A DNA stretch of 64,000 nt from Eledone cirrhosa (taxonomy: Eukaryota), in the NCBI GenBank assembly GCA_964016885.1, contig OZ024765.1, positions 22,382,001-22,446,000 of the forward strand, written 5' to 3'. The notes below the pieces were generated by a model. That model searched no databases, had not been told where the DNA came from, and worked only from the letters and a program-made list of their open reading frames with translations. Positions 8,375 to 20,300 of this stretch are shown here, piece by piece (position 1 is the stretch's first letter; every line of letters begins with the position of its first letter). Both the position numbers and the translations under genes were made by a program.

Positions 8375-11300
8375 GTTGTTGTGGTTGTTGTGGTGTTGGT
8401 GGTTGTTGTGGTTGTTGTGGTGTTGGTGGTTGTTGGTGGTTGTTGTGGTGTTGGTGGTTGTTGTGGTGTTGGTGGTTGTTGTGGTGTTGGTGTTTGTTGT
8501 GGTGTTGGTGTTTGTTGTGGTTGTTGGTGGTTGTTGTTGGTTGTTGTGGTTGTTGTGGTTGTTGGTGGTTGTTGTGGTTGTTGGTGGTTGTTGTGGTGTT
8601 GGTGGTTGTTGTGGTTGTTGTGGTGTTGGTGGTTGCTGTGGTGTTGGTGGTTGTTGTGGTTATTGTGGTTGTTGTGGTGTTGGTGGTTGTTGTGGTTGTT
8701 GTGGTTGTTGAGGTGTTGGTGGTTCTTGTGGTTGTTGGTGGTTGTTGTGGTGTTGGTGGTTGTTGTGGTGTTGGTGGCTGTTGTGGTGTTGGTGGTTGTT
8801 GTGGTTGTTGGTGGTTGTTGTGGTGTTGGTGGTTGTTGGTGGTTGTTGTGGTGTTGGTGGTTGTTGTGGTGTTGGTGGTTGTTGTGGTTGTTGTGGTTGT
8901 TGTGGTGTTGGTGTTTGTTGTGGTTGTTGGTGGTTGTTGTTGGTTGTTGTGGTTGTTGTGGTTGTTGGTGGTTGTTGTGGTGTTGGTGGTTGTTGTGGTT
9001 GTTGTGGTGTTGGTGGTTGCTGTGGTGTTGGTGGTTGTTGTGGTTATTGTGGTTGTTGTGGTGTTGGTGGTTGTTGTGGTTGTTGTGGTTGTTGAGGTGT
9101 TGGTGGTTCTTGTGGTTGTTGGTGGTTGTTGTGGTGTTGGTGGTTGTTGTGGTGTTGGTGGCTGTTGTGGTGTTGGTGGTTGTTGTGGTTGTTGGTGGTT
9201 GTTGTGGTGTTGGTGGTTGTTGTGGTTGTTGGTGGTTGTTGTGGTGTTGGTGGTTGTTGTGGTGTTGGTGGTTGTTGTGGTTGTTGTGGTTGTTGTGGTG
9301 TTTGTGGTGTTGGTGGTTGTTGGTGGTTGTTGTGGTTGTTGGTGGTTGTTGTGGTTGTTGTGGTGTTGGTGGTTGTTGTGGTGTTGGTGGTTGTTGTGGT
9401 TGTTGGTGTTTGTTGTGGTTGTTGGTGGTTGTTGTGGTTGTTGGTGGTTGTTGTGGTGTTGGTGGTTGTTGTGGTTGTTGTGGTGTTGGTGGTTGTTGTG
9501 GTGTTGGTGGTCGTTGTGGTTATTGTGGTTGTTGTGGTGTTGGTGGTTGTTGTGGTTGTTGAGGTGTTGGTGGTTCTTGTGGTGTTGGTGGTTGTTGTGG
9601 TGTTGGTGGCTGTTGTGGTGTTGGTGGTTGTTGTGGTTGTTGGTGGTTGTTGTGGTGTTGGTGGTTGTTGTGGTGTTGGTGGTTGTTGTGGTTGTTGTGG
9701 TTGTTGTGGTGTTGGTGGTTGTTGTGGTGTTGGTGGTTGTTGTGGTGTTGGTGGTTGTTGTGGTGTTGGTGGCTGTTGTGGTGTTGGTGGTTGTTGTGGT
9801 TGTTGGTGGTTGTTGTGGTGTTGGTGGTTGTTGTGGTTGTTGGTGGTTGTTGTGGTGTTGGTGGTTGTTGTGGTTGTTGGTGGTTGTTGTGGTTGTTGGT
9901 GGTTATTGTGGTTGTTGTGGTTGTTGGTGGTTGTTGTGGTTGTTGGTGGTTGTTGTGGTGTTGGTGGTTGTTGTGGTTGTTGTGGTGTTGGTGGTTGTTG
10001 TGGTGTTGGTGGTCGTTGTGGTTATTGTGGTTGTTGTGGTGTTGGTGGTTGTTGTGGTTGTTGAGGTGTTGGTGGTTCTTGTGGTGTTGGTGGTTGTTGT
10101 GGTGTTGGTGGCTGTTGTGGTGTTGGTGGTTGTTGTGGTTGTTGGTGGTTGTTGTGGTGTTGGTGGTTGTTGTGGTGTTGGTGGTTGTTGTGGTTGTTGT
10201 GGTTGTTGTGGTGTTGGTGGTTGTTGTGGTGTTGGTGGTTGTTGTGGTGTTGGTGGTTGTTGTGGTGTTGGTGGCTGTTGTGGTGTTGGTGGTTGTTGTG
10301 GTTGTTGGTGGTTGTTGTGGTGTTGGTGGTTGTTGTGGTTGTTGGTGGTTGTTGTGGTGTTGGTGGTTGTTGTGGTTGTTGGTGGTTGTTGTGGTGTTGG
10401 TGGTTGTTGTGGTGTTGGTGGTTGTTGTGGTTGTTGTGGTGTTGGTGGTTGTTGTGGTGTTGGTGGTTGTTGGTGGTTGTTGTGGTGTTGGTGGTTGTTG
10501 TGGTTGTTGTGGTGTTGGTTGTTGTTGTGGTGTTGGTGGTTGTTGTGGTTGTTGGTGGTTGTTGTGGTTGTTGGTGGTTGTTGGTGGTTGTTGTGGTTGT
10601 TGTGGTGTTGGTGGTTGTGGTTGTTGTGGTGTTGGTGGTTGTTGTGGTGTTGGTGGTTGTTGTGTTGTTGGTGGTTGTTGTGGTTGTTGTGGTGTTGGTG
10701 TTTATTGTCGTGTTGGTGGTTGTTGTAGTTGTTGTGGTGTTGATGGTTGTTGTGGTGTTGGTGGTTGTTGTGGTTGTTGTGGTTGTTGTGGTGTTGGTGG
10801 TTGTTGTGGTGTTGGTGGTTGTTGTGGTTGTTGTGGTTGTTGTGGTGTTGGTGGTTGTTGTGGTGTTGGTGGTTGTTGTGGTGTTGGTGGTTGTTGTGGT
10901 GTTGATGGTTGTTGTGGTTGTTGTGGTGTTGGTGATTGTTGTGGTTGTTGGTGGTTGTTGTGGTGTTGATGGTTGTTGTGGTTGTTGGTGATTTTTGTGG
11001 TGTTGGTGGTTGTTGTGGTGTTGGTGGTTGTTGTGGTGTTGGTCGTTGTTGTGGTTGTTGTGGTTGTTGTGGTTGTTGGTGGTTGTTGTGGTGTTGGTGG
11101 TTGTTGTGGTGTTGGTGGTTGTTGATGTTATAGTTGTTGTGGTGTTGGTGGTTGTTGTGGTGTTGATGGTTGTTGTGGTGTTGGTGGTTGTTGTGGTGTT
11201 GGTGGTTGTTGTGGTGTTGGTGGTTGTTGTGGTGTTGGTGATTGATGTGGTGTTGGTGGTTGTTGTGGTGTTGCTGGCTGTTGATGTTATGGTTGTTGTG

Positions 11301-14300
11301 GTGTTGGTGGTTGTTGTGGTGTTGGTGATTGCTGTGGTGTTGGTGGTTGTTGTGGTTGTTGTGGTGTTGGTGATTGTTGTGGTGTTGGTGGTTGTTGTGG
11401 TGTTGGTGGTTGTTGTGGTGTTGGTGGTTGTTGTTGGTGGTTGTTGTGGTGTTGTTGTTGGTGCTTGTTGTGGTGTTGGTGGTTGTTGTGGTTGTTGGTG
11501 GTTGTTGTGGTGTTGGTGGTTGTTGTGGTTGTTGGTGGTTGTTGTGGTGTTGGTGGTTGTTGTGGTGTTGGTGGTTGTTGTGGTTGTTGTGGTGTTGGTG
11601 GTTGTTGTGGTTGTTGGTGTTTGTTGTGGTTGTTGGTGGTTATTGTGGTTGTTGTGGTTGTTGTGGTTGTTGGTGGTTGTTGTGGTTGTTGGTGGTTGTT
11701 GTGGTGTTGGTGGTTGTTGTGGTTGTTGTGGTGTTGGTGGTTGTTGTGGTGTTGGTGGTCGTTGTGGTTATTGTGGTTGTTGTGGTGTTGGTGGTTGTTG
11801 TGGTTGTTGTGGTTGTTGAGGTGTTGGTGGTTCTTGTGGTGTTGGTGGTTGTTGTGGTGTTGGTGGCTGTTGTGGTGTTGGTGGTTGTTGTGGTTGTTGG
11901 TGGTTGTTGTGGTGTTGGTGGTTGTTGTGGTGTTGGTGGTTGTTGTGGTTGTTGTGGTTGTTGTGGTGTTGGTGGTTGTTGTGGTGTTGGTGGTTGTTGT
12001 GGTGTTGGTGGTTGTTGTGGTGTTGGTGGTTGTTGTGGTGTTGGTGGCTGTTGTGGTGTTGGTGGTTGTTGTGGTTGTTGGTGGTTGTTGTGGTGTTGGT
12101 GGTTGTTGTGGTTGTTGGTGGTTGTTGTGGTGTTGGTGGTTGTTGTGGTTGTTGGTGGTTGTTGTGGTGTTGGTGGTTGTTGTGGTGTTGGTGGTTGTTG
12201 TGGTTGTTGTGGTTGTTGTGGTGTTGGTGGTTGTTGTGGTGTTGGTGGTTGTTGGTGGTTGTTGTGGTGTTGGTGGTTGTTGTGGTTGTTGTGGTGTTGG
12301 TTGTTGTTGTGGTGTTGGTGGTTGTTGTGGTTGTTGGTGGTTGTTGTGGTTGTTGGTGGTTATTGGTGGTTGTTGTGGTTGTTGTGGTGTTGGTGGTTGT
12401 TGTGGTTGTTGTGGTGTTGGTGGTTGTTGTGGTGTTGGTGGTTGTTGTGGTGTTGCTGGTTGTTGTGATGTTGGTGGTTGTTGTGGTTGTTGGTGGTTGT
12501 TGTGGTTGTTGTGGTGTTGGTGGTTGTTGTGGTGATGGTGGTTGTTGTGGTGTTGGTGGTTGTTGTGGTTGTTGTGGTGTTGGTGTTTGTTGTCGTGTTG
12601 GTGGTTGTTGTAGTTGTTGTGGTGTTGATGGTTGTTGTGGTGTTGGTGGTTGTTGTGGTTGTTGTGGTTGTTGTGGTGTTGGTGGTTGTTGTGGTGTTGG
12701 TGGTTGTTGTGGTGTTGGTGGTTGTTGTGGTGTTGATGGTTGTTGTGGTTGTTGTGGTGTTGGTGATTGTTGTGGTTGTTGGTGGTTGTTGTGGTTGTGG
12801 TGATTTTTGTGGTGTTGGTGGTTGTTGTGGTGTTGGTGGTTGTTGTGGTGTTGGTCGTTGTTGTGGTTGTTGTGGTTGTTGTGGTTGTTGGTGGTTGTTG
12901 TGGTGTTGGTGGTTGTTGTGGTGTTGGTGGTTGTTGATGTTATAGTTGTTGTGGTGTTGGTGGTTGTTGTGGTGTTGATGGTTGTTGTGGTGTTGGTGGT
13001 TGTTGTGGTGTTGGTGGTTGTTGTGGTGTTGGTGGTTGTTGTGGTGTTGGTGATTGGTGTGGTGTTAGTGGTTGTTGTGGTGTTGCTGGCTGTTGATGTT
13101 ATGGTTGTTGTGGTGTTGGTGGTTGTTGTGGTGTTGGTGATTACTGTGGTGTTGGTGGTTGTTGTGGTTGTTGTGGTGTTGGTGATTGTTGTGGTGTTGG
13201 TGGTTGTTGTGGTGTTGTTGTTGGTGCTTGTTGTGGTGTTGGTGGGTGTTGGTGGTTGTTGTGGTTGTTGTGGTGTTGGTGGTTGTTGTGGGTGTTGGTG
13301 GTTGTTGTGGTTATTGTGGTTGTTGTGGTGTTGGTGGTTGTTGTGGTTGTTGTGGTTGTTGAGGTGTTGGTGGTTCTTGTGGTGTTGGTGGTTGTTGTGG
13401 TGTTGGTGGCTGTTGTGGTGTTGGTGGTTGTTGTGGTTGTTGGTGGTTGTTGTGGTGTTGGTGGTTGTTGTGGTGTTGGTGGTTGTTGTGGTGTTAGTGG
13501 TTGTTGTGGTGTTGGTGGCTGTTGTGGTGTTGGTGGTTGTTGTGGTTGTTGGTGGTTGTTGTGGTGTTGGTGGTTGTTGTGGTTGTTGGTGGTTGTTGTG
13601 GTGTTGGTGGTTGTTGTGGTGTTGGTGGTTGTTGTGGTTGTTGTGGTTGTTGTGGTGTTGGTGGTTGTTGTGGTGTTGGTGGTTGTTGGTGGTTGTTGTG
13701 GTGTTGGTGGTTGTTGTGGTTGTTGTGGTGTTGGTTGTTGTTGTGGTGTTGGTGGTTGTTGTGGTTGTTGGTGGTTGTTGTGGTTGTTGGTGGTTGTTGG
13801 TGGTTGTTGTGGTTGTTGTGGTGTTGGTGGTTGTTGTGGTTGTTGTGGTGTTGGTGGTTGTTGTGGTGTTGGTGGTTGTTGTGGTGTTGGTGGTTGTTGT
13901 GGTGTTGCTGGTTGTTGTGATGTTGGTGGTTGTTGTGGTTGTTGGTGGTTGTTGTGGTGTTGGTGGTTGTTGTGGTTGTTGTGGTGTTGGTGGTTGTTGT
14001 GGTGTTGGTGGTTGTTGTGGTGTTGGTGGTTGTTGTGGTTGTTGTGGTGTTGGTGTTTGTTGTCGTGTTGGTGGTTGTTGTAGTTGTTGTGGTGTTGATG
14101 GTTGTTGTGGTGTTGGTGGTTGTTGTGGTTGTTGTGGTTGTTGTGGTGTTGGTGGTTGTTGTGGTGTTGGTGGTTGTTGTGGTTGTTGTGGTTGTTGTGG
14201 TGTTGGTGGTTGTTGTGGTGTTGGTGGTTGTTGTGGTGTTGGTGGTTGTTGTGGTGTTGATGGTTGTTGTGGTTGTTGTGGTGTTGGTGATTGTTGTGGT

Positions 14301-17300
14301 TGTTGGTGGTTGTTGTGGTGTTGATGGTTGTTGTGGTTGTTGGTGATTTTTGTGGTGTTGGTGGTTGTTGTGGTGTTGGTGGTTGTTGTGGTATTGGTCG
14401 TTGTTGTGGTTGTTGTGGTTGTTGTGGTTGTTGGTGGTTGTTGTGGTGTTGGTGGTTGTTGTGGTGTTGGTGGTTGTTGATGTTATAGTTGTTGTGGTGT
14501 TGGTGGTTGTTGTGGTGTTGATGGTTGTTGTGGTGTTGGTGGTTGTTGTGGTGTTGGTGGTTGTTGTGGTGTTGGTGGTTGTTGTGGTGTTGGTGATTGC
14601 TGTGGTGTTGGTGGTTGTTGTGGTGTTGCTGGCTGTTGATGTTATGGTTGTTGTGGTGTTGGTGGTTGTTGTGGTGTTGGTGATTGCTGTGGTGTTGGTG
14701 GTTCTTGTGGTTGTTGGTGGTTGTTGTGGTGTTGGTGGTTGTTGTGGTGTTGGTGGCTGTTGTGGTGTTGGTGGTTGTTGTGGTTGTTGGTGGTTGTTGT
14801 GGTGTTGGTGGTTGTTGTGGTTGTTGGTGGTTGTTGTGGTGTTGGTGGTTGTTGTGGTGTTGGTGGTTGTTGTGGTTGTTGTGGTTGTTGTGGTGTTTGT
14901 GGTGTTGGTGGTTGTTGGTGGTTGGTGTGGTTGTTGGTGGTTGTTGTGGTTGTTGTGGTGTTGGTGGTTGTTGTGGTGTTGGTGGTTGTTGTGGTTGTTG
15001 GTGTTTGTTGTGGTTGTTGGTGGTTATTGTGGTTGTTGTGGTTGTTGGTGGTTGTTGTGGTTGTTGGTGGTTGTTGTGGTGTTGGTGGTTGTTGTGGTTG
15101 TTGTGGTGTTGGTGGTTGTTGTGGTGTTGGTGGTCGTTGTGGTTATTGTGGTTGTTGTGGTGTTGGTGGTTGTTGTGGTTGTTGAGGTGTTGGTGGTTCT
15201 TGTGGTGTTGGTGGTTGTTGTGGTGTTGGTGGCTGTTGTGGTGTTGGTGGTTGTTGTGGTTGTTGGTGGTTGTTGTGGTGTTGGTGGTTGTTGTGGTGTT
15301 GGTGGTTGTTGTGGTTGTTGTGGTTGTTGTGGTGTTGGTGGTTGTTGTGGTGTTGTTGGTTGTTGTGGTGTTGGTGGTTGTTGTGGTGTTGGTGGCTGTT
15401 GTGGTGTTGGTGGTTGTTGTGGTTGTTGGTGGTTGTTGTGGTGTTGGTGGTTGTTGTGGTTGTTGGTGGTTGTTGTGGTGTTGGTGGTTGTTGTGGTTGT
15501 TGGTGGTTGTTGTGGTTGTTGGTGGTTATTGTGGTTGTTGTGGTTGTTGGTGGTTGTTGTGGTTGTTGGTGGTTGTTGTGGTGTTGGTGGTTGTTGTGGT
15601 TGTTGTGGTGTTGGTGGTTGTTGTGGTGTTGGTGGTCGTTGTGGTTATTGTGGTTGTTGTGGTGTTGGTGGTTGTTGTGGTTGTTGAGGTGTTGGTGGTT
15701 CTTGTGGTGTTGGTGGTTGTTGTGGTGTTGGTGGCTGTTGTGGTGTTGGTGGTTGTTGTGGTTGTTGGTGGTTGTTGTGGTGTTGGTGGTTGTTGTGGTG
15801 TTTGTGGTTGTTGTGGTTGTTGTGGTTGTTGTGGTGTTGGTGGTTGTTGTGGTGTTGGTGGTTGTTGTGGTGTTGGTGGTTGTTGTGGTGTTGGTGGCTG
15901 TTGTGGTGTTGGTGGTTGTTGTGGTTGTTGGTGGTTGTTGTGGTGTTGGTGGTTGTTGTGGTTGTTGGTGGTTGTTGTGGTGTTGGTGGTTGTTGTGGTT
16001 GTTGGTGGTTGTTGTGGTGTTGGTGGTTGTTGTGGTGTTGGTGGTTGTTGTGGTTGTTGTGGTGTTGGTGGTTGTTGTGGTGTTGGTGGTTGTTGGTGGT
16101 TGTTGTGGTGTTGGTGGTTGTTGGTGGTTGTTGTGGTGTTGGTGGTTGTTGTGGTTGTTGTGGTGTTGGTTGTTGTTGTGGTGTTGGTGGTTGTTGTGGT
16201 TGTTGGTGGTTGTTGTGGTTGTTGGTGGTTGTTGGTGGTTGTTGTGGTTGTTGTGGTGTTGGTGGTTGTGGTTGTTGTGGTGTTGGTGGTTGTTGTGGTG
16301 TTGGTGGTTGTTGTGGTGTTGGTGGTTGTTGTGGTTGTTGTGGTGTTGGTGTTTATTGTCGTGTTGGTGGTTGTTGTAGTTGTTGTGGTGTTGATGGTTG
16401 TTGTGGTGTTGGTGGTTGTTGTGGTTGTTGTGGTTGTTGTGGTGTTGGTGGTTGTTGTGGTGTTGGTGGTTGTTGTGGTTGTTGTGGTTGTTGTGGTGTT
16501 GGTGGTTGTTGTGGTGTTGGTGGTTGTTGTGGTGTTGGTGGTTGTTGTGGTGTTGATGGTTGTTGTGGTTGTTGTGGTGTTGGTGATTGTTGTGGTTGTT
16601 GGTGGTTGTTGTGGTGTTGATGGTTGTTGTGGTTGTTGGTGATTTTTGTGGTGTTGGTGGTTGTTGTGGTGTTGGTGGTTGTTGTGGTGTTGGTCGTTGT
16701 TGTGGTTGTTGTGGTTGTTGTGGTTGTTGGTGGTTGTTGTGGTGTTGGTGGTTGTTTTGGTGTTGGTGGTTGTTGATGTTATAGTTGTTGTGGTGTTGGT
16801 GGTTGTTGTGGTGTTGATGGTTGTTGTGGTGTTGGTGGTTGTTGTGGTGTTGGTGGTTGTTGTGGTGTTGGTGGTTGTTGTGGTGTTGGTGATTGATGTG
16901 GTGTTGGTGGTTGTTGTGGTGTTGCTGGCTGTTGATGTTATGGTTGTTGTGGTGTTGGTGGTTGTTGTGGTGTTGGTGATTGCTGTGGTGTTGGTGGTTG
17001 TTGTGGTTGTTGTGGTGTTGGTGATTGTTGTGGTGTTGGTGGTTGTTGTGGTGTTGGTGGTTGTTGTGGTGTTGGTGGTTGTTGTTGGTGGTTGTTGTGG
17101 TGTTGTTGTTGGTGCTTGTTGTGGTGTTGGTGGTTGTTGTGGTTGTTGGTGGTTGTTGTGGTGTTGGTGGTTGTTGTGGTTGTTGGTGGTTGTTGTGGTG
17201 TTGGTGGTTGCTGTGGTGTTGGTGGTTGTTGTGGTTGTTGTGGTGTTGGTGGTTGTTGTGGTTGTTGGTGTTTGTTGTGGTTGTTGGTGGTTATTGTGGT

Positions 17301-20300
17301 TGTTGTGGTTGTTGTGGTTGTTGGTGGTTGTTGTGGTTGTTGGTGGTTGTTGTGGTGTTGGTGGTTGTTGTGGTTGTTGTGGTGTTGGTGGTTGTTGTGG
17401 TGTTGGTGGTCGTTGTGGTTATTGTGGTTGTTGTGGTGTTGGTGGTTGTTGTGGTTGTTGTGGTTGTTGAGGTGTTGGTGGTTCTTGTGGTGTTGGTGGT
17501 TGTTGTGGTGTTGGTGGCTGTTGTGGTGTTGGTGGTTGTTGTGGTTGTTGGTGGTTGTTGTGGTGTTGGTGGTTGTTGTGGTGTTGGTGGTTGTTGTGGT
17601 TGTTGTGGTTGTTGTGGTGTTGGTGGTTGTTGTGGTGTTGGTGGTTGTTGTGGTGTTGGTGGTTGTTGTGGTGTTGGTGGTTGTTGTGGTGTTGGTGGCT
17701 GTTGTGGTGTTGGTGGTTGTTGTGGTTGTTGGTGGTTGTTGTGGTGTTGGTGGTTGTTGTGGTTGTTGGTGGTTGTTGTGGTGTTGGTGGTTGTTGTGGT
17801 TGTTGGTGGTTGTTGTGGTGTTGGTGGTTGTTGTGGTGTTGGTGGTTGTTGTGGTTGTTGTGGTTGTTGTGGTGTTGGTGGTTGTTGTGGTGTTGGTGGT
17901 TGTTGGTGGTTGTTGTGGTGTTGGTTGTTGTTGTGGTGTTGGTGGTTGTTGTGGTTGTTGGTGGTTGTTGTGGTTGTTGGTGATTATTGGTGGTTGTTGT
18001 GGTTGTTGTGGTGTTGGTGGTTGTTGTGGTTGTTGTGGTGTTGGTGGTTGTTGTGGTGTTGGTGGTTGTTGTGGTGTTGCTGGTTGTTGTGATGTTGGTG
18101 GTTGTTGTGGTTGTTGGTGGTTGTTGTGGTGTTGGTGGTTGTTGTGGTTGTTGTGGTGTTGGTGGTTGTTGTGGTGTTGGTGGTTGTTGTGGTGTTGGTG
18201 GTTGTTGTGGTTGTTGTGGTGTTGGTGTTTGTTGTCGTGTTGGTGGTTGTTGTAGTTGTTGTGGTGTTGATGGTTGTTGTGGTGTTGGTGGTTGTTGTGG
18301 TTGTTGTGGTTGTTGTGGTGTTGGTGGTTGTTGTGGTGTTGGTGGTTGTTGTGGTGTTGGTGGTTGTTGTGGTGTTGATGGTTGTTGTGGTTGTTGTGGT
18401 GTTGGTGATTGTAGTGGTTGTTGGTGGTTGTTGTGGTTGTTGGTGATTTTTGTGGTGTTGGTGGTTGTTGTGGTGTTGGTGGTTGTTGTGGTGTTGGTCG
18501 TTGTTGTGGTTGTTGTGGTTGTTGTGGTTGTTGGTGGTTGTTGTGGTGTTGGTGGTTGTTGTGGTGTTGGTGGTTGTTGATGTTATAGTTGTTGTGGTGT
18601 TGGTGGTTGTTGTGGTGTTGATGGTTGTTGTGGTGTTGGTGGTTGTTGTGGTGTTGGTGGTTGTTGTGGTGTTGGTGGTTGTTGTGGTGTTGGTGATTGG
18701 TGTGGTGTTAGTGGTTGTGGTGTTGCTGGCTGTTGATGTTATGGTTGTTGTGGTGTTGGTGGTTGTTGTGGTGTTGGTGATTACTGTGGTGTTGGTGGTT
18801 GTTGTGGTTGTTGTGGTGTTGGTGATTGTTGTGGTGTTGGTGGTTGTTGTGGTGTTGTTGTTGGTGCTTGTTGTGGTGTTGGTGGTTGTTGTGGTTGTTG
18901 GTGGTTTTTGTGGTGTTGGTGGTTGTTGTGGTTGTTGGTGGTTGTTGTGGTGTTGGTGGTTGTTGTGGTGTTGGTGGTTGTTGTGGTTGTTGGTGTTTGT
19001 TGTGGTTGTTGGTGGTTATTGTGGTTGTTGTGGTTGTTGTGGTTGTTGGTGGTTGTTGTGGTTGTTGGTGGTTGTTGTGGTGTTGGTGGTTGTTGTGGTT
19101 GTTGTGGTGTTGGTGGTTGTTGTGATGTTGGTGGTTGTTGTGGTTATTGTGGTTGTTGTGGTGTTGGTGGTTGTTGTGGTTGTTGTGGTTGTTGAGGTGT
19201 TGGTGGTTCTTGTGGTGTTGGTGGTTGTTGTGGTGTTGGTGGCTGTTGTGGTGTTGGTGGTTGTTGTGGTTGTTGGTGGTTGTTGTGGTGTTGGTGGTTG
19301 TTGTGGTGTTGGTGGTTGTTGTGGTGTTAGTGGTTGTTGTGGTGTTGGTGGCTGTTGTGGTGTTGGTGGTTGTTGTGGTTGTTGGTGGTTGTTGTGGTGT
19401 TGGTGGTTGTTGTGGTTGTTGGTGGTTGTTGTGGTGTTGGTGGTTGTTGTGGTGTTGGTGGTTGTTGTGGTTGTTGTGGTTGTTGTGGTGTTGGTGGTTG
19501 TTGTGGTGTTGGTGGTTGTTGGTGGTTGTTGTGGTTGTTGTGGTGTTGGTTGTTGTTGTGGTGTTGGTGGTTGTTGTGGTTGTTGGTGGTTGTTGTGGTT
19601 GTTGGTGGTTGTTGGTGGTTGTTGTGGTTGTTGTGGTGTTGGTGGTTGTTGTGGTGTTGGTGGTTGTTGTGGTGTTGGTGGTTGTTGTGGTGTTGCTGGT
19701 TGTTGTGATGTTGGTGGTTGTTGTGGTTGTTGGTGGTTGTTGTGGTGTTGGTGGTTGTTGTGGTTGTTGTGGTGTTGGTGGTTGTTGTGGTGTTGGTGGT
19801 TGTTGTGGTGTTGGTGGTTGTTGTGGTTGTTGTGGTGTTGGTGTTTGTTGTCGTGTTGGTGGTTGTTGTAGTTGTTGTGGTGTTGATGGTTGTTGTGGTG
19901 TTGGTGGTTGTTGTGGTTGTTGTGGTTGTTGTGGTGTTGGTGGTTGTTGTGGTGTTGGTGGTTGTTGTGGTTGTTGTGGTTGTTGTGGTGTTGGTGGTTG
20001 TTGTGGTGTTGGTGGTTGTTGTGGTGTTGGTGGTTGTTGTGGTGTTGATGGTTGTTGTGGTTGTTGTGGTGTTGGTGATTGTTGTGGTTGTTGGTGGTTG
20101 TTGTGGTGTTGATGGTTGTTGTGGTTGTTGGTGATTTTTGTGGTGTTGGTGGTTGTTGTGGTGTTGGTGGTTGTTGTGGTGTTGGTCGTTGTTGTGGTGT
20201 TGGTCGTTGTTGTGGTTGTTGGTGGTTGTTGTGGTGTTGGTGGTTGTTGTGGTGTTGGTGGTTGTTGATGTTATAGTTGTTGTGGTGTTGGTGGTTGTTG